64,000 nucleotides of DNA from an uncultured delta proteobacterium (GTDB lineage: Bacteria > Desulfobacterota > Binatia > UBA9968): the NCBI GenBank assembly GCA_963816145.1, contig CAWFJP010000012.1, positions 1-64,000 of the forward strand, in the 5' to 3' direction. Shown here one piece after another: positions 29,638-39,429 of the stretch. A model generated the notes under the pieces. It was given only the letters and a program-made list of their open reading frames with translations. It was not told the origin of the DNA and searched no databases. Made by a program: the position numbers and the translations under genes. Within the stretch, counting starts at the first letter, position 1, and each line of letters opens with the position of its first letter.

Positions 29638-31031
29638 ATGTCATCGGTCTGCGCGCGGCTTACCGGACTATTTCGCAGTTCCATGAAAACCGCCGGCTGA
29701 TTGCTTGGCTGAGCGCCCAACCCTGGGTGATCTGGCTGAGTCCGGAACGGCGCAAGTCGGTGCTTTTTTACGGCGCGATGATTGCCGGCGCGGTTGGCGT
29801 CTTCAGCCGCAATGCGAAGTGGCGCGACTATCGCGCACTGGCGCCTTGGCTGGAGCATGGCTTAGCGTTTGTGTTTTTACTCGGCCTCATTTACGCCCTC
29901 TACCGTGCCGCTATCAACTTCAAAGATCTGCCGCCGAACGTGCGAAGGCGTCCGCAGATTTGTTTCCATTTACTGTTCTGGCTGCTGCTGGGGTTCCTGT
30001 GGTTTTTCCCGGAGCGAGGCGGATTAAGTTTAGCCGTTTTGTCGGTGATTGTAGCATCGTTGCCGTACTTGATCTGGCGTGCGGGCTATATGCTTTTGTC
30101 GGGTCAGCGCGGCAAGGCGCTCAACAGCCGATTTCGCGATCATCTTTTTTATATCTGGCCGATTTGGGACGGCACCAATACACCGCCCGGCAAGGGCCAT
30201 GACTATTTATCCCGTATGGTGGCGCAGACGCCGGAAAGCTATGCCCGGACCCTACTCGGCGGCTTCAAACTGTTGCTCCTGGTCGCGCTGTGGTCCGTCT
30301 TTTTGGAACTGATCGGCGCGCTGGTTTACGGCGATCCCAAAAGTTCGTTTAACGCGCTGTTCCGCGGTTACACTCTTGGTATCCCGCGGCTGAAGCAAAT
30401 CCTCAGTGAGCAAATGGCGCTGCCGTTGGTGCAAGTATGGCTCAGCCTATATCTCGAATTGATCTGGGAGACACTTTCGCTGGCGGCCAAGGGGCATGTC
30501 TGGGTCGGCGTGATCCGGCTGTTTGGCTTCAATATTTTTCGTAATACCTATAAGCCGCTGTTGGCGCAAACCATCGTCGAGTTCTGGAACCGTTATTATT
30601 ATTACTTCAAAGAATTGATGATGGAGTTTTTTTTCCTGCCGATTTACGCGCGCTATTTTCGGAACTCGCCGCGGTTACGGGTCATCAGCGCAGTTTTCGC
30701 CGCCGCCTTTGTCGGCAACATGTATTATCATTTATTGCAGCACAAAGAGCCGTTGATCTTCGGGGAGTGGAGCAAACTCTGGCGGCTACTTGGTGCGCGG
30801 TTGATCTACTGTGGTATGCTCGCCAGCGGTATCGCGGTCTCCATGCTGCGCCAGCAGCGTCAACGCAGCGGGGCGCACGTGATGCCAGCCGGCGCGTCGC
30901 AGCGTTTGCGCCGTCTGCGCGGCATTGCCGGGGTTTGGACGTTTTTCGCCGTCATCAATTTCTGGAACGTCATCAGCAATCTCACGATCGCCGAGCGAGC
31001 AAGGTTGTTTTTCTCACTGTTTGGTCTCTAA
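29634..31031 (+). CDS. Divergent MBOAT-family membrane acyltransferase (DltB/AlgI-like)
   Basis: GFNIFRNTYKPLLAQTIVEFWNRYYYYFKE...FFLPIY parallels the MBOAT NF..P..A....FW.RWH...YIPL motif; candidate catalytic His in GNMYYH; ATGA overlap with the carrier protein gene. Confidence 0.78.
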   Translation: MNVIGLRAAYRTISQFHENRRLIAWLSAQPWVIWLSPERRKSVLFYGAMIAGAVGVFSRNAKWRDYRALAPWLEHGLAFVFLLGLIYALYRAAINFKDLPPNVRRRPQICFHLLFWLLLGFLWFFPERGGLSLAVLSVIVASLPYLIWRAGYMLLSGQRGKALNSRFRDHLFYIWPIWDGTNTPPGKGHDYLSRMVAQTPESYARTLLGGFKLLLLVALWSVFLELIGALVYGDPKSSFNALFRGYTLGIPRLKQILSEQMALPLVQVWLSLYLELIWETLSLAAKGHVWVGVIRLFGFNIFRNTYKPLLAQTIVEFWNRYYYYFKELMMEFFFLPIYARYFRNSPRLRVISAVFAAAFVGNMYYHLLQHKEPLIFGEWSKLWRLLGARLIYCGMLASGIAVSMLRQQRQRSGAHVMPAGASQRLRRLRGIAGVWTFFAVINFWNVISNLTIAERARLFFSLFGL

Positions 31032-31065
31032 TTCCCGCGAAGCCCGCACCCTGTAAATATTTGAA

Positions 31066-33048
31066 ATGCCGCGCACCACACTATCCATCGCCGTTTGTCT
31101 CGTCGCCATAGTGATTTTGTCGGGTTTTCGCCTGTGGCTCTATTGGGAGCGACGTGCGGATATGCGGTGCCTGACGCTCGGGCAGAAGTTGAAATTGTTC
31201 TGGATCGGTCTCCGGCTTGACGGCATAATTGTCAGCCGGGTTTGCTTGCCTTTGGCATTTGCTGCTTTGGCGCTGCCGGATGGCTGGCTGCTTGCCAGTC
31301 GGTTTTTCTACTGGGTGTACCTCGGCATTGTCTATTTGACGCTTTTTTTCGCCGAGATCGCCGGGATTTATTTCTTTCGCTTCTATGATTTCCGTCCCAA
31401 TTATCTGGTCTTTGAACATGGCGCGGATCGCGAAGTTCTCAGGGCCGTCGCCAAAGCTTATCCGCTCGTGCGCATAGTCGTGTTAAGCTTCACTGGCGCG
31501 TGGTTGGCGGTGATTGCCGTGCAGTTGCTGGCTCCAATGGCGCAGGTCGGCACTGTGAGAAACGATTCCATGTGGCTGTGGGATCGCGGTGTGACATTTC
31601 TTTGGCTTCTCCTAGCGGGGTTCGCTAGCCGCGGTACCTTCGATCACCGGCCGCTCAATCCGAGTTTGGCGTCGTTTACGACCAATCGGATCGCCAATGA
31701 GATTGCCTGTTGCGGGATATTCAATCTGCTCTACGAGTGGAGCCAGCGGGCGAAAAATGAGTTCGCTGCGCTCAAGAGCGTAACCCAAGTGCCATCCGCC
31801 GATGAAGCGTTTGGTGTTGCCCGCCGGATGCTATCTCAGGACGGTCCATTCACTGACGATGGCCCGAACCCACTGGCGCGCCGAATTGCTAGCTCTGCGC
31901 CACCGGCACCCCTCAACGTGGTGGTAGTCATAATGGAGAGTTTTACCGGACGGCTGACCGGATGTCTGGGCGGCCTGCCGGCGCTGTCGCCGGAGTTAGA
32001 TCGGCTGGCCCAAGAAGGCTTGTTATTGGAACGCTGCTACGCCACCGGAGAGCGAACGATCCAGGGACTGGAAGCGGCGGTTTGCTCGTTCCCGCCGCTG
32101 CCTGGCGAAGGTGTGGTCAAGCGGCCGCAGGCGCGGCAAAACTTTGCCACGTTGGCAAGCGTGCTCAGACAGCGCGGCTATGCGACGAGCTTTATTTACG
32201 GCGGCCAGGGGATTTTCGATCACATGCTCGGCTTCTTTCTCGGGAACGGCTTTGACCGCTTTATCGAAGAGAAAGATTTCCCGTCGCCATACTACAAGAC
32301 CCCCTGGGGTGTATCCGATGAAGATTTGTTCGAACGGGCCGATGACGAGTTCCGCCGCTACCATGAGGCCGGCCAACCCTTTTTTGCCACCCTGTTGACG
32401 GTATCGTTGCACTCGCCCTGGCAGTTCCCCGCGGGCAAGATCGACCCGCTGGCCGCTGACACCAAGGCGCCGCCGGGCTTTGAGCTCAATGAGCTCAATA
32501 ACTTTCTTTACGCGGATTGCTGCATCGGCAAATTCATTCGCCTGGCGCGCCAGGCCCGCTATTTCGACAATACGCTATTTGTATTTGTCGGCGATCATGG
32601 TGTGCACCTGCGCGGCAACGAACTTATTCCGATCGACGAATACATCGTTCCGGCGCTGTTTCTCGCGCCGAAACATGTGGATGCCGGTCGTATTTCCATT
32701 GTAGCCAGCCAGATGGATTTGCCGCCGACTATCATGGGAATCGTCGGTGGTGAATACCGTAGCGCATTTTTCGGCCGCGACATTCGCAAACCGCAAGCGG
32801 AAGATCCGTTCGCCATAGTTATCTATAAGAAGAAGCGCTACGGCATCGTCACGGATCGGGAATTGATTGTGCTGCGCGAATCGGGCGACAGGCTTGCGTA
32901 CGAGCGCGCCGCCCACGGCAAACCCTGGACGCAGATTGCAATGCGTGCGACCCAAGCGGCACGAACTCAGAACGGCTTGGCGATACTGCGCAGCGCCGAG
33001 GATTTGCTCGTCAGCGGCCGCTATCACGCCGATCCCCACAATCGGTAA
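31066..33048 (+). CDS. LTA synthase/MdoB(OpgB)-family membrane phosphotransferase (alkaline phosphatase superfamily)
   Basis: About 5 N-terminal TMs; VVVIMESF, ERTIQG (Thr nucleophile), TVSLHSPW, FVGDHG, SQMDL.PT. Confidence 0.88.
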   Translation: MPRTTLSIAVCLVAIVILSGFRLWLYWERRADMRCLTLGQKLKLFWIGLRLDGIIVSRVCLPLAFAALALPDGWLLASRFFYWVYLGIVYLTLFFAEIAGIYFFRFYDFRPNYLVFEHGADREVLRAVAKAYPLVRIVVLSFTGAWLAVIAVQLLAPMAQVGTVRNDSMWLWDRGVTFLWLLLAGFASRGTFDHRPLNPSLASFTTNRIANEIACCGIFNLLYEWSQRAKNEFAALKSVTQVPSADEAFGVARRMLSQDGPFTDDGPNPLARRIASSAPPAPLNVVVVIMESFTGRLTGCLGGLPALSPELDRLAQEGLLLERCYATGERTIQGLEAAVCSFPPLPGEGVVKRPQARQNFATLASVLRQRGYATSFIYGGQGIFDHMLGFFLGNGFDRFIEEKDFPSPYYKTPWGVSDEDLFERADDEFRRYHEAGQPFFATLLTVSLHSPWQFPAGKIDPLAADTKAPPGFELNELNNFLYADCCIGKFIRLARQARYFDNTLFVFVGDHGVHLRGNELIPIDEYIVPALFLAPKHVDAGRISIVASQMDLPPTIMGIVGGEYRSAFFGRDIRKPQAEDPFAIVIYKKKRYGIVTDRELIVLRESGDRLAYERAAHGKPWTQIAMRATQAARTQNGLAILRSAEDLLVSGRYHADPHNR

Positions 33049-33084
33049 ACGCTGAGCAGTTCTGTTACTCCGTATGGCCTCGTC

Positions 33085-35781
33085 CTAACGGCTCTTTTGC
33101 ATCTCGTTGAGCAGGCCCTCGACTTTTTTCAGCTCTTCGCCGTAGCCGGCCCAGTTGCCTTGCTTGAGGAGTTCCTGGGAACGCTGGAAATGGTCTAATG
33201 CCTGGCGTGCCAAGGTTTGATCGGCTTTGACCGGTGTCGGAGCCGCCGTACTGGCAGGTTGTGGCGTCTCAGCCGCCGGCTTGGTGCCGAAAATTCGCTG
33301 CAGCGCTGTATCGAGAGTCTCTTCCATGGCGATGCGGTTACCGAAGGCCACCACCACCCGCTTCAATTCCGGCAAGGATCCTTGCTCCGCAGCCAAATAG
33401 ATCGGTTGCACGTAAAGCAAGGATTTTTCGATGGGGATGGCAAGCAGACTGCCGCGGAGGACTTGAGAACCGCGCTGGCTCCACAGGGTCAGTTGTTGGG
33501 AGATGGTGGTATCTTGATCGATCCGGGCATCGATCTGTTTGGGGCCATAGACAAGTTTTGCCTTGGGAAATTCCAGCGCGGTGAGCTTGCCGTAATTCTT
33601 GCCGTCGCTGCGCGCCGCTAGCCAGGAGCGCATGTTGTCCCGTTTATTGGGCGTGAACGGCAGCAGTAAAATAAATTCTTCTTTCTCCTCCCCCGGCAGG
33701 CGCATGATCGTGTGGTAGGCCTCCATTTCGCTCTCGCGGCCCTCCACGTTTCGCCGCGGGATACTCAGGAGATCCTCCTTGTTAAAAAACACTTGCGGGT
33801 CCTGCATATGGTAAGTGGCGTAGACATGGGCTTGGATGGTGAAGAGATCCTGGGGATAGCGCACATGGGCACGCAGATCTTCGGGCATGGTGTCGAGGGG
33901 CTTAAATACTCGCGGAAAAATCTTCGCGAATGACTGAATGATCGGATCCGTTGGGTCGCTCAGGTAAATTTCCACCGTGCCGTTGTAGGCGTCGACCACG
34001 GCCTTGACCGAATTACGTACATAATTCGTTCCTTGCCGGCTCAGCGGTTCGGAATAGGGGAAACGGTCCGAGTTGGTGTAGCCGTCGACGATCCAAAATA
34101 GCCTGCCGCCCTGGGCAATGACGATATAAGCGTCGCGATCAAAGGTGATAAATGGGGCGATTTTTTTGACCCGCTCCTGGATCTGTTGATGGTAGAGAAT
34201 TCGGCTTTCGCTGATCAGATCCTGTGACAGCAGGATGCGCATGGACGCATGGTGCGCGGCGAAGACCAACTTGCGCCACAAGCTGCCGATCGGCACACCA
34301 CTTGTCCCTTTGTAGGTGGTGTAAACATTTTGATCGCCGGCGGGATAGTCCAATTCCTGCGACTTGGTTCGCACCAGAACATAATCAGTGGCGAGCTCGC
34401 CAAAATAAATCTCGGGACGGGTAATCTTGAGTGAGGTAGTCGCCAGCGGTGGAATATCCTTGATGAAAAACTCGGGTTGGCCGCTAGAAGTCACCTGATT
34501 AACCGGTCCAAAGACCACGCCGTGGCCATGCGTGAAAGTCAGATGCTCATTGATCCAGTTTTGACTTTGCAGATGCCGATGCGACAGCTCGCGGGCGGAC
34601 AACATCACCTGGCGATAAGTGCCGTCGATAACATAGCGATCATTGTCGACGTCGACGAATTTGTAATAAGGCCGGATCTCCTGTAACTGGGCGTAGGTGG
34701 TCAGCAGCGGCCGATGGTCCCATAGGCGGATATTATTTATAGTCGATTCATTTCGCTTCAAGTCTGCCGCGGTTAACTGCTCATCAGCCGGAAACTCCTT
34801 GGTTTCAATCCTATCCAGGCCGAAGGCGAGGCGGGTGAATTTGATCCTGCGCTCGATGAAGGGCCGTTCCGCCTCGATTTCATTGGGTGTCACGCGGAAG
34901 CGCTGCAAAAGCGTCGGATAGGCATTGAGACCCAATAAGTGCACCGCCGCCAAGACTCCGACGCCGAGGAAGACAAATTTATATCCAGTGCGGGCTATCT
35001 GCGCGAAGCAGAGTGCCGACGCGATCAGAGCCAAAAACGTCAGCACGCGCAGCGCCGGTAGTGTGCCATAGATATCGGCAAAGCTCGCGCCGAAAGAAAC
35101 GCCACGCGGCGAATGCAACAGATCGAAAGCGTCGAGGTAGTAGCCGCCGGCCTTGATCAATAGGAACACACCCAACAGGATCAGCAGATGACTACGCGCG
35201 CGCTCACCCAGAAAAAGTCCGCGCGCGGTGTACTCAATACCGCGATAAACCAGGTAGACGGCGGCGCTAGCCACGGCAGTCAGACCGATGGCGAAAATCG
35301 CCCAATGATAAACGATCTGCAGCCAGGGCAAGATAAACACATAAAAACTGACATCGCGGCCGAACTGGGGATCTGTCATGTTGAACGAAACCCGATTGAT
35401 AAATAGAGACAGTTGTTCCCAGCTCGCCGCGCCTTGGGGTGCTGCCATCAGCCCAATCAGGAGCGCACCCGGAAGGAGCAGCCGCTTGAGGATGGGATCG
35501 ATGAGTTCTGGCGGCGGCAGCTCAATAATGTTTTCCGTGCTCGAGTAGCGAAATCCACCTGATGAAGACGAAGCGATCTTCAAATTGACATAAATCATTA
35601 GGGCCAACAGCGTACCGGCGGCAGTGCCGAGTGCGAACTTGTACGATAAGATCGTTGCAAAGAGCTGGCCGTAGCCAACGTCTTGGAACCACAGCCAGTC
35701 GACGTAGAGACCGATCGCTTGGCGAAAAAACATTACGACAAGAAACAAAATCAATATAGTCACGCCGCCAAATTTGCCCAT
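33085..35781 (-). CDS. UPF0182 family membrane protein
   Basis: DWLWFQDVGY, DPQFGRDVSFYVF, NIRLWD, QLQEIRPYYKF.DVD.DRY, NYVRNSVK, H.RYP.DLF motifs. Confidence 0.93.
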   Translation of the reverse strand: MGKFGGVTILILFLVVMFFRQAIGLYVDWLWFQDVGYGQLFATILSYKFALGTAAGTLLALMIYVNLKIASSSSGGFRYSSTENIIELPPPELIDPILKRLLLPGALLIGLMAAPQGAASWEQLSLFINRVSFNMTDPQFGRDVSFYVFILPWLQIVYHWAIFAIGLTAVASAAVYLVYRGIEYTARGLFLGERARSHLLILLGVFLLIKAGGYYLDAFDLLHSPRGVSFGASFADIYGTLPALRVLTFLALIASALCFAQIARTGYKFVFLGVGVLAAVHLLGLNAYPTLLQRFRVTPNEIEAERPFIERRIKFTRLAFGLDRIETKEFPADEQLTAADLKRNESTINNIRLWDHRPLLTTYAQLQEIRPYYKFVDVDNDRYVIDGTYRQVMLSARELSHRHLQSQNWINEHLTFTHGHGVVFGPVNQVTSSGQPEFFIKDIPPLATTSLKITRPEIYFGELATDYVLVRTKSQELDYPAGDQNVYTTYKGTSGVPIGSLWRKLVFAAHHASMRILLSQDLISESRILYHQQIQERVKKIAPFITFDRDAYIVIAQGGRLFWIVDGYTNSDRFPYSEPLSRQGTNYVRNSVKAVVDAYNGTVEIYLSDPTDPIIQSFAKIFPRVFKPLDTMPEDLRAHVRYPQDLFTIQAHVYATYHMQDPQVFFNKEDLLSIPRRNVEGRESEMEAYHTIMRLPGEEKEEFILLLPFTPNKRDNMRSWLAARSDGKNYGKLTALEFPKAKLVYGPKQIDARIDQDTTISQQLTLWSQRGSQVLRGSLLAIPIEKSLLYVQPIYLAAEQGSLPELKRVVVAFGNRIAMEETLDTALQRIFGTKPAAETPQPASTAAPTPVKADQTLARQALDHFQRSQELLKQGNWAGYGEELKKVEGLLNEMQKSR

Positions 35782-35895
35782 TGGGCCTCCATCGAATTTG
35801 AGAGAACTAGGAGAAGTGCCGGGATCGTATAGAAATTACCAGGATGAGGCAATGTGATTTCTGAGATATCTCCATAACCAGAAAACCACTCGGAC

Positions 35896-35933
35896 AAAAA
35901 AAAGTGGCGCTTGGTACGGCCAAGCGCCACTTT
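35896..35933 (-). terminator. Rho-independent terminator after the ABC permease
   Basis: 14-bp stem aaagtggcgcttgg / ccaagcgccacttt with a T-run on the minus strand (A-run at 35896-35903). Confidence 0.8.
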
Positions 35934-35961
35934 GATTCAAACCGAATTGATGACGGATCGC

Positions 35962-36798
35962 TTATTCAGCGCCGACTTTGGGACGCCACTTGTCGAAGCG
36001 ATGTTCATAGCGGTCGATGACCTCAGTCAAGGCCATACCGCTGATGGCGAAAATCAAGACGCCCACGAACACCTTATCGGTTTGGAAGGTCGCGCCAGCT
36101 ACGGTAATCATGAAGCCGATCCCAGCGGTCGCGGCGTAGAGCTCGCCGACCATGACGCCGATTAGCGCCCGGCCTACAGCCAGACGTAGGCCGGTAAGAA
36201 TAAATGGGACCGTTGACGGCAACACGACGGATTTAAAGATCTGCCACTCCGATGCACCAAAGCTTCTGGCAGCGGTGAGCAAGTTGGCCGGAGTTGTCTT
36301 GACGCCGTCACGGGTGTTGATCAGCAGAGGAAATACTGCGCCTAAGAATATGATGCCAACCTTCGAGAGGATCCCGATGCCCAGCCAGATAATGACCAAG
36401 GGCAAGAGAGCGACACGCGGGGTGGCATTCATGGCGTTGACGAATGGGTCGCAAACGTAGGCGAAGCGCTTGTACCAGCCGATGGCGATACCGAAAGGTA
36501 TGGCGAATACGATCGAGAGAGTATATCCCCAGAAAAATTCGATGCCGCTGATGTAGAGGTCGTTATAGATTTCCCCTGTACTGAACATTTGCCAAGCGGC
36601 TTTGCCAATCAGCGATGGCGCGCTCATGAACATCGGGTTAATGAGCCCCGCCCAGTTGCCGATGGTCTCCCAAGTCAACAGAAAGAGAATCACCGCGGTG
36701 CCGCCGAGAATCTTTTTCTCCTGATTGAGATAAAATTTGTACGCCGCTGATGCTTCCGCGATGCGGATATCTAATAATTGTTCCTCTGCTTGAGCCAT
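35962..36798 (-). CDS. NitT/TauT (SsuC-like) ABC transporter permease
   Basis: TPRVALLPLVIIWLGIG, EAA-like loop AARSFGAS, LPSTVPFILTGLRLA.GRALIG..VGEL. Confidence 0.92.
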   Translation of the reverse strand: MAQAEEQLLDIRIAEASAAYKFYLNQEKKILGGTAVILFLLTWETIGNWAGLINPMFMSAPSLIGKAAWQMFSTGEIYNDLYISGIEFFWGYTLSIVFAIPFGIAIGWYKRFAYVCDPFVNAMNATPRVALLPLVIIWLGIGILSKVGIIFLGAVFPLLINTRDGVKTTPANLLTAARSFGASEWQIFKSVVLPSTVPFILTGLRLAVGRALIGVMVGELYAATAGIGFMITVAGATFQTDKVFVGVLIFAISGMALTEVIDRYEHRFDKWRPKVGAE

Positions 36799-36963
36799 AA
36801 AGGTCTCCTCCGTTGGGTTTCCGTTAAATATCGGTTACAGACGCCTAGCCTGCGAACCAGTACCAAAAGGGTCGGAGGTTGTCAACTGAATTATGTGCCT
36901 CAATTCAAATAAATTCCGGCGGGACAATCACTGATCAGTCGGAGACATCGTCTTGGTCTCACC

Positions 36964-36992
36964 TTGACAATCATTAACCTATTAAATACTTT
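36964..36992 (+). promoter_or_regulatory. Putative sigma70 promoter of the radical SAM cluster
   Basis: TTGACA (36964-36969), 17-bp spacer, TACTTT (36987-36992); SD aggag and ATG 37028 follow. Confidence 0.6.
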
Positions 36993-37027
36993 GATTGAAA
37001 CTAATTCCGCCAGTACCAGGAGATAGC

Positions 37028-38509
37028 ATGAAACTCCTCTTTATTACCCCACCTATGGGCAATTGGGCGCCATGGGGCGACCGCCATTTGGCCGTCAACC
37101 CGCTGCATGCTCAAGTGGCAGCGTTCATCCGCGATAAAAACGCCGCGGAGGTCTCGGTCCTCGATTGTCGCGCTCTTGGTTTGGACGACGACCAGATGAT
37201 CGATGAAGTGAAACGGCAGCGCCCTGAAGCTGTCTTCTTTGGCGCCATGATTGCCGCCGCCGGGGGAGCCGCAACGCTCAATCGCTTCCACGCGGCAATG
37301 CAAAAAATCAAGGCAGTCGCGCCCCAAACGGTTACCATCGGCGGCGGGTTGATGTACACCGCCGTGCCCCAGAAGATCATGACCGACAATCCCCAACTCG
37401 ACTTCGCGATTGTCGGCGTGTTCGCCGACAATGAGTATGGGGTGCGGGAGTTGCTGGAGGAACTCAAAAAACCGGCGCCCGATTTCAGCGGCATCAAAGG
37501 ACTGGCTTATCGAAAGAACGGCGAGGTCGTGCTGACGCCGCCGCGGCCGGTAATTGCCAATCTCGACGAGCTCCCCATGCCGGCCTACGACCTGTTTCCG
37601 ATGGAAAAGTATTATGGTTACTCGGTGATCCCCAATTACAACGAGGCGGTGACTTCGAGGGGCTGCGAGGGCGCTTGCCATTTTTGCTACGAGTGGTGGC
37701 TGGTCGACCAGCGCAGCCCCCGCGACTTCAGCTCGCACCGCACTAAAGGCGGCAAGAAAGTCGCTGAAGAAATGGAGCTGCTCAATAAGACTTATGGCGT
37801 CAAAGCGCTTACTTTTATGGACGACGACTTCAACTCCGACCGGCAGAAGATGGTCGACTTGGTCGAAGCGTTGGAAGAGAAAAAGCTCGATATCAGCTGG
37901 TTCATGCTGAGCCGGGCGCAAAATCTGATTCGCGACATGGATCTTGTGCCACGGTTACGGAAAGTTGGTTTATATCAAGTCTTGATCGGCATCGATGGCG
38001 GCACGGATGAGGAGATCGCCGAAGCGCGCAAGGGGTCGATGAAGGTCGGCGTCAAGGAATTGAAGGAATTGATTCAGTTCCTGCGCAAAAACGACATTTC
38101 CACCATTTCGACTTATCTCAATGGATTTTGGGAAGACGACGAAGCCAAGGTCCGCCAGCGCGCCAAGGCCGTCGACGAGATCGATCCCGATATCGTCATG
38201 ATCCAGGTGCTCAATCCGATCCCCGGCTCGCCGATCTACAAATCGGCGGTGAAGAACAACATTATCGAGGTCGACAATTTGAGCCTCTATGACTTGGAAC
38301 ATAGCGTGATGCCGACCAAGCACTTGACGCGCCAACAGCTGGGCGAGTTGACCGGCTGGGCGTTCCAGTCATTTTACAGCAAGCCGGGCCGGATCGAACG
38401 AATTTTGAATGGCTACACCTCGCCCTACGTGCGGATGAAATTCGAGTCGTTCAAGAGCAATGCGGCGAAGTATGAAAAGGGCGCTGCCGAAGGCACGGTG
38501 GCGATCTAA
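37028..38509 (+). CDS. Cobalamin-binding radical SAM enzyme (class B methylase/BchE-like family)
   Basis: N-terminal B12-binding Rossmann domain (LDCRA...IGGG), NLDELPMPAYDL, TSRGCEGACHFC (CxxxCxxC), F.DDDF, NPIPGSPIY. Confidence 0.92.
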   Translation: MKLLFITPPMGNWAPWGDRHLAVNPLHAQVAAFIRDKNAAEVSVLDCRALGLDDDQMIDEVKRQRPEAVFFGAMIAAAGGAATLNRFHAAMQKIKAVAPQTVTIGGGLMYTAVPQKIMTDNPQLDFAIVGVFADNEYGVRELLEELKKPAPDFSGIKGLAYRKNGEVVLTPPRPVIANLDELPMPAYDLFPMEKYYGYSVIPNYNEAVTSRGCEGACHFCYEWWLVDQRSPRDFSSHRTKGGKKVAEEMELLNKTYGVKALTFMDDDFNSDRQKMVDLVEALEEKKLDISWFMLSRAQNLIRDMDLVPRLRKVGLYQVLIGIDGGTDEEIAEARKGSMKVGVKELKELIQFLRKNDISTISTYLNGFWEDDEAKVRQRAKAVDEIDPDIVMIQVLNPIPGSPIYKSAVKNNIIEVDNLSLYDLEHSVMPTKHLTRQQLGELTGWAFQSFYSKPGRIERILNGYTSPYVRMKFESFKSNAAKYEKGAAEGTVAI

Positions 38510-38523
38510 AATTTAGTTGCACT

Positions 38524-39297
38524 ATGGCACAAATGACACAACTGCCGACACTTCAAGGTAAAGTCGCGCTGGTTACAGGCGCCAGCCGCGGCATTGGCGC
38601 GGCGGCTGCGATTCGCTTAGCTCAAGGGGGAGCGGCGGTTGTCGTCAATTACCACCGGAATCAGGAGGCGGCGCAAAAAGTCCTCGATCAGGTCGAAACC
38701 GCGGGCGGCCGCGGCATCATCTTTCAAGCCGATGTCACGCAGCGCGGGCAAATCGATTCGATGGTCAAGACCGCCAAGAATAAGCTTGGCGACATCAATG
38801 TGCTGGTCAACAACGCCTATTTCCCGTTTCAAGTGAGCCCGCTCCACGAGATCGCCTGGGAGAAATTTCACGAAGCGATCGACAATGAGTTGTCGGCATT
38901 CTATCACTGTGTGCAGGCTTGCTTGCCAGGCATGAAAGCCATGAATGCCGGCCGTGTCATCGTTGTCAGCACCCGTTTGGCCCAGCAGCCGCTGCCGCGC
39001 ATGGGCGCTTACGCGGCGGCCAAATCGGCGCTGGAATCGATGGCCAATACCATGGCCATCGAGCTCGGTCCGCTGGGCGTTGCCGTCAATGTCGTCACTC
39101 CCGCGTTCACGCTGACCGATGCCTCGTTGATCATGCCGGAAGCGTACCGCGAACGGGTGAAAGAAACCCGCCCATTAAAGAAACATCTTTATCCCGCAGA
39201 TGTCGCCGGCGCGATCGCCTTTCTTGCCGGCGATGAAGCAAGCATGTTGACGGGCAGCCATATTCTCATTACTGGTGGCAGTCATCTGCAACTCTAA
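38524..39297 (+). CDS. Short-chain dehydrogenase/reductase
   Basis: VTGASRGIG, LVNNA, YAAAK catalytic motif. Confidence 0.93.
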   Translation: MAQMTQLPTLQGKVALVTGASRGIGAAAAIRLAQGGAAVVVNYHRNQEAAQKVLDQVETAGGRGIIFQADVTQRGQIDSMVKTAKNKLGDINVLVNNAYFPFQVSPLHEIAWEKFHEAIDNELSAFYHCVQACLPGMKAMNAGRVIVVSTRLAQQPLPRMGAYAAAKSALESMANTMAIELGPLGVAVNVVTPAFTLTDASLIMPEAYRERVKETRPLKKHLYPADVAGAIAFLAGDEASMLTGSHILITGGSHLQL

Positions 39298-39298
39298 A

Positions 39299-39425
39299 TA
39301 ATTGAGAATGGATAATTGAGAATTGATAATGGCTGAATCACACAACCTCGCAGCCGCAGGACAACATTTTCCTAGTCTGTCCGAATCCTAAATTGTCCAT
39401 TTTCCATTCTCCATTATCAATTATT
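39299..39425. repeat. Heptamer tandem repeats forming an inverted pair
   Basis: aattgag-aatggat-aattgag-aattgat-aatgg ... aattgtc-cattttc-cattctc-cattatc-aatt. Confidence 0.75.
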
Positions 39426-39429
39426 CCTC

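Noticed and set aside
36799-37027. Cobalamin riboswitch ahead of the B12 radical SAM gene
   Set aside because: No B12-box or GGGAA...ACTG motifs seen, and the predicted promoter leaves only about 30 nt of leader.
37001-37921. 306-aa antisense ORF (likewise 49379-50347, 51572-52348, 54240-55142, 57674-58294)
   Set aside because: Shadow ORFs on the opposite strand of well-supported genes, expected from high-GC codon bias; no recognisable motifs.
37028-38509. Calling the radical SAM enzyme BchE (and the methyltransferase BchU/CrtF), or BzaD/BzaC
   Set aside because: Only family-level similarity is visible, and there are no chlorophyll or cobamide pathway genes in the window.
39299-39425. CRISPR array or precursor-peptide gene in the repeat-rich gap of the radical SAM cluster
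   Set aside because: Units are 7 bp with no spacers, there are no cas genes, and no convincing small ORF with an RBS is present.
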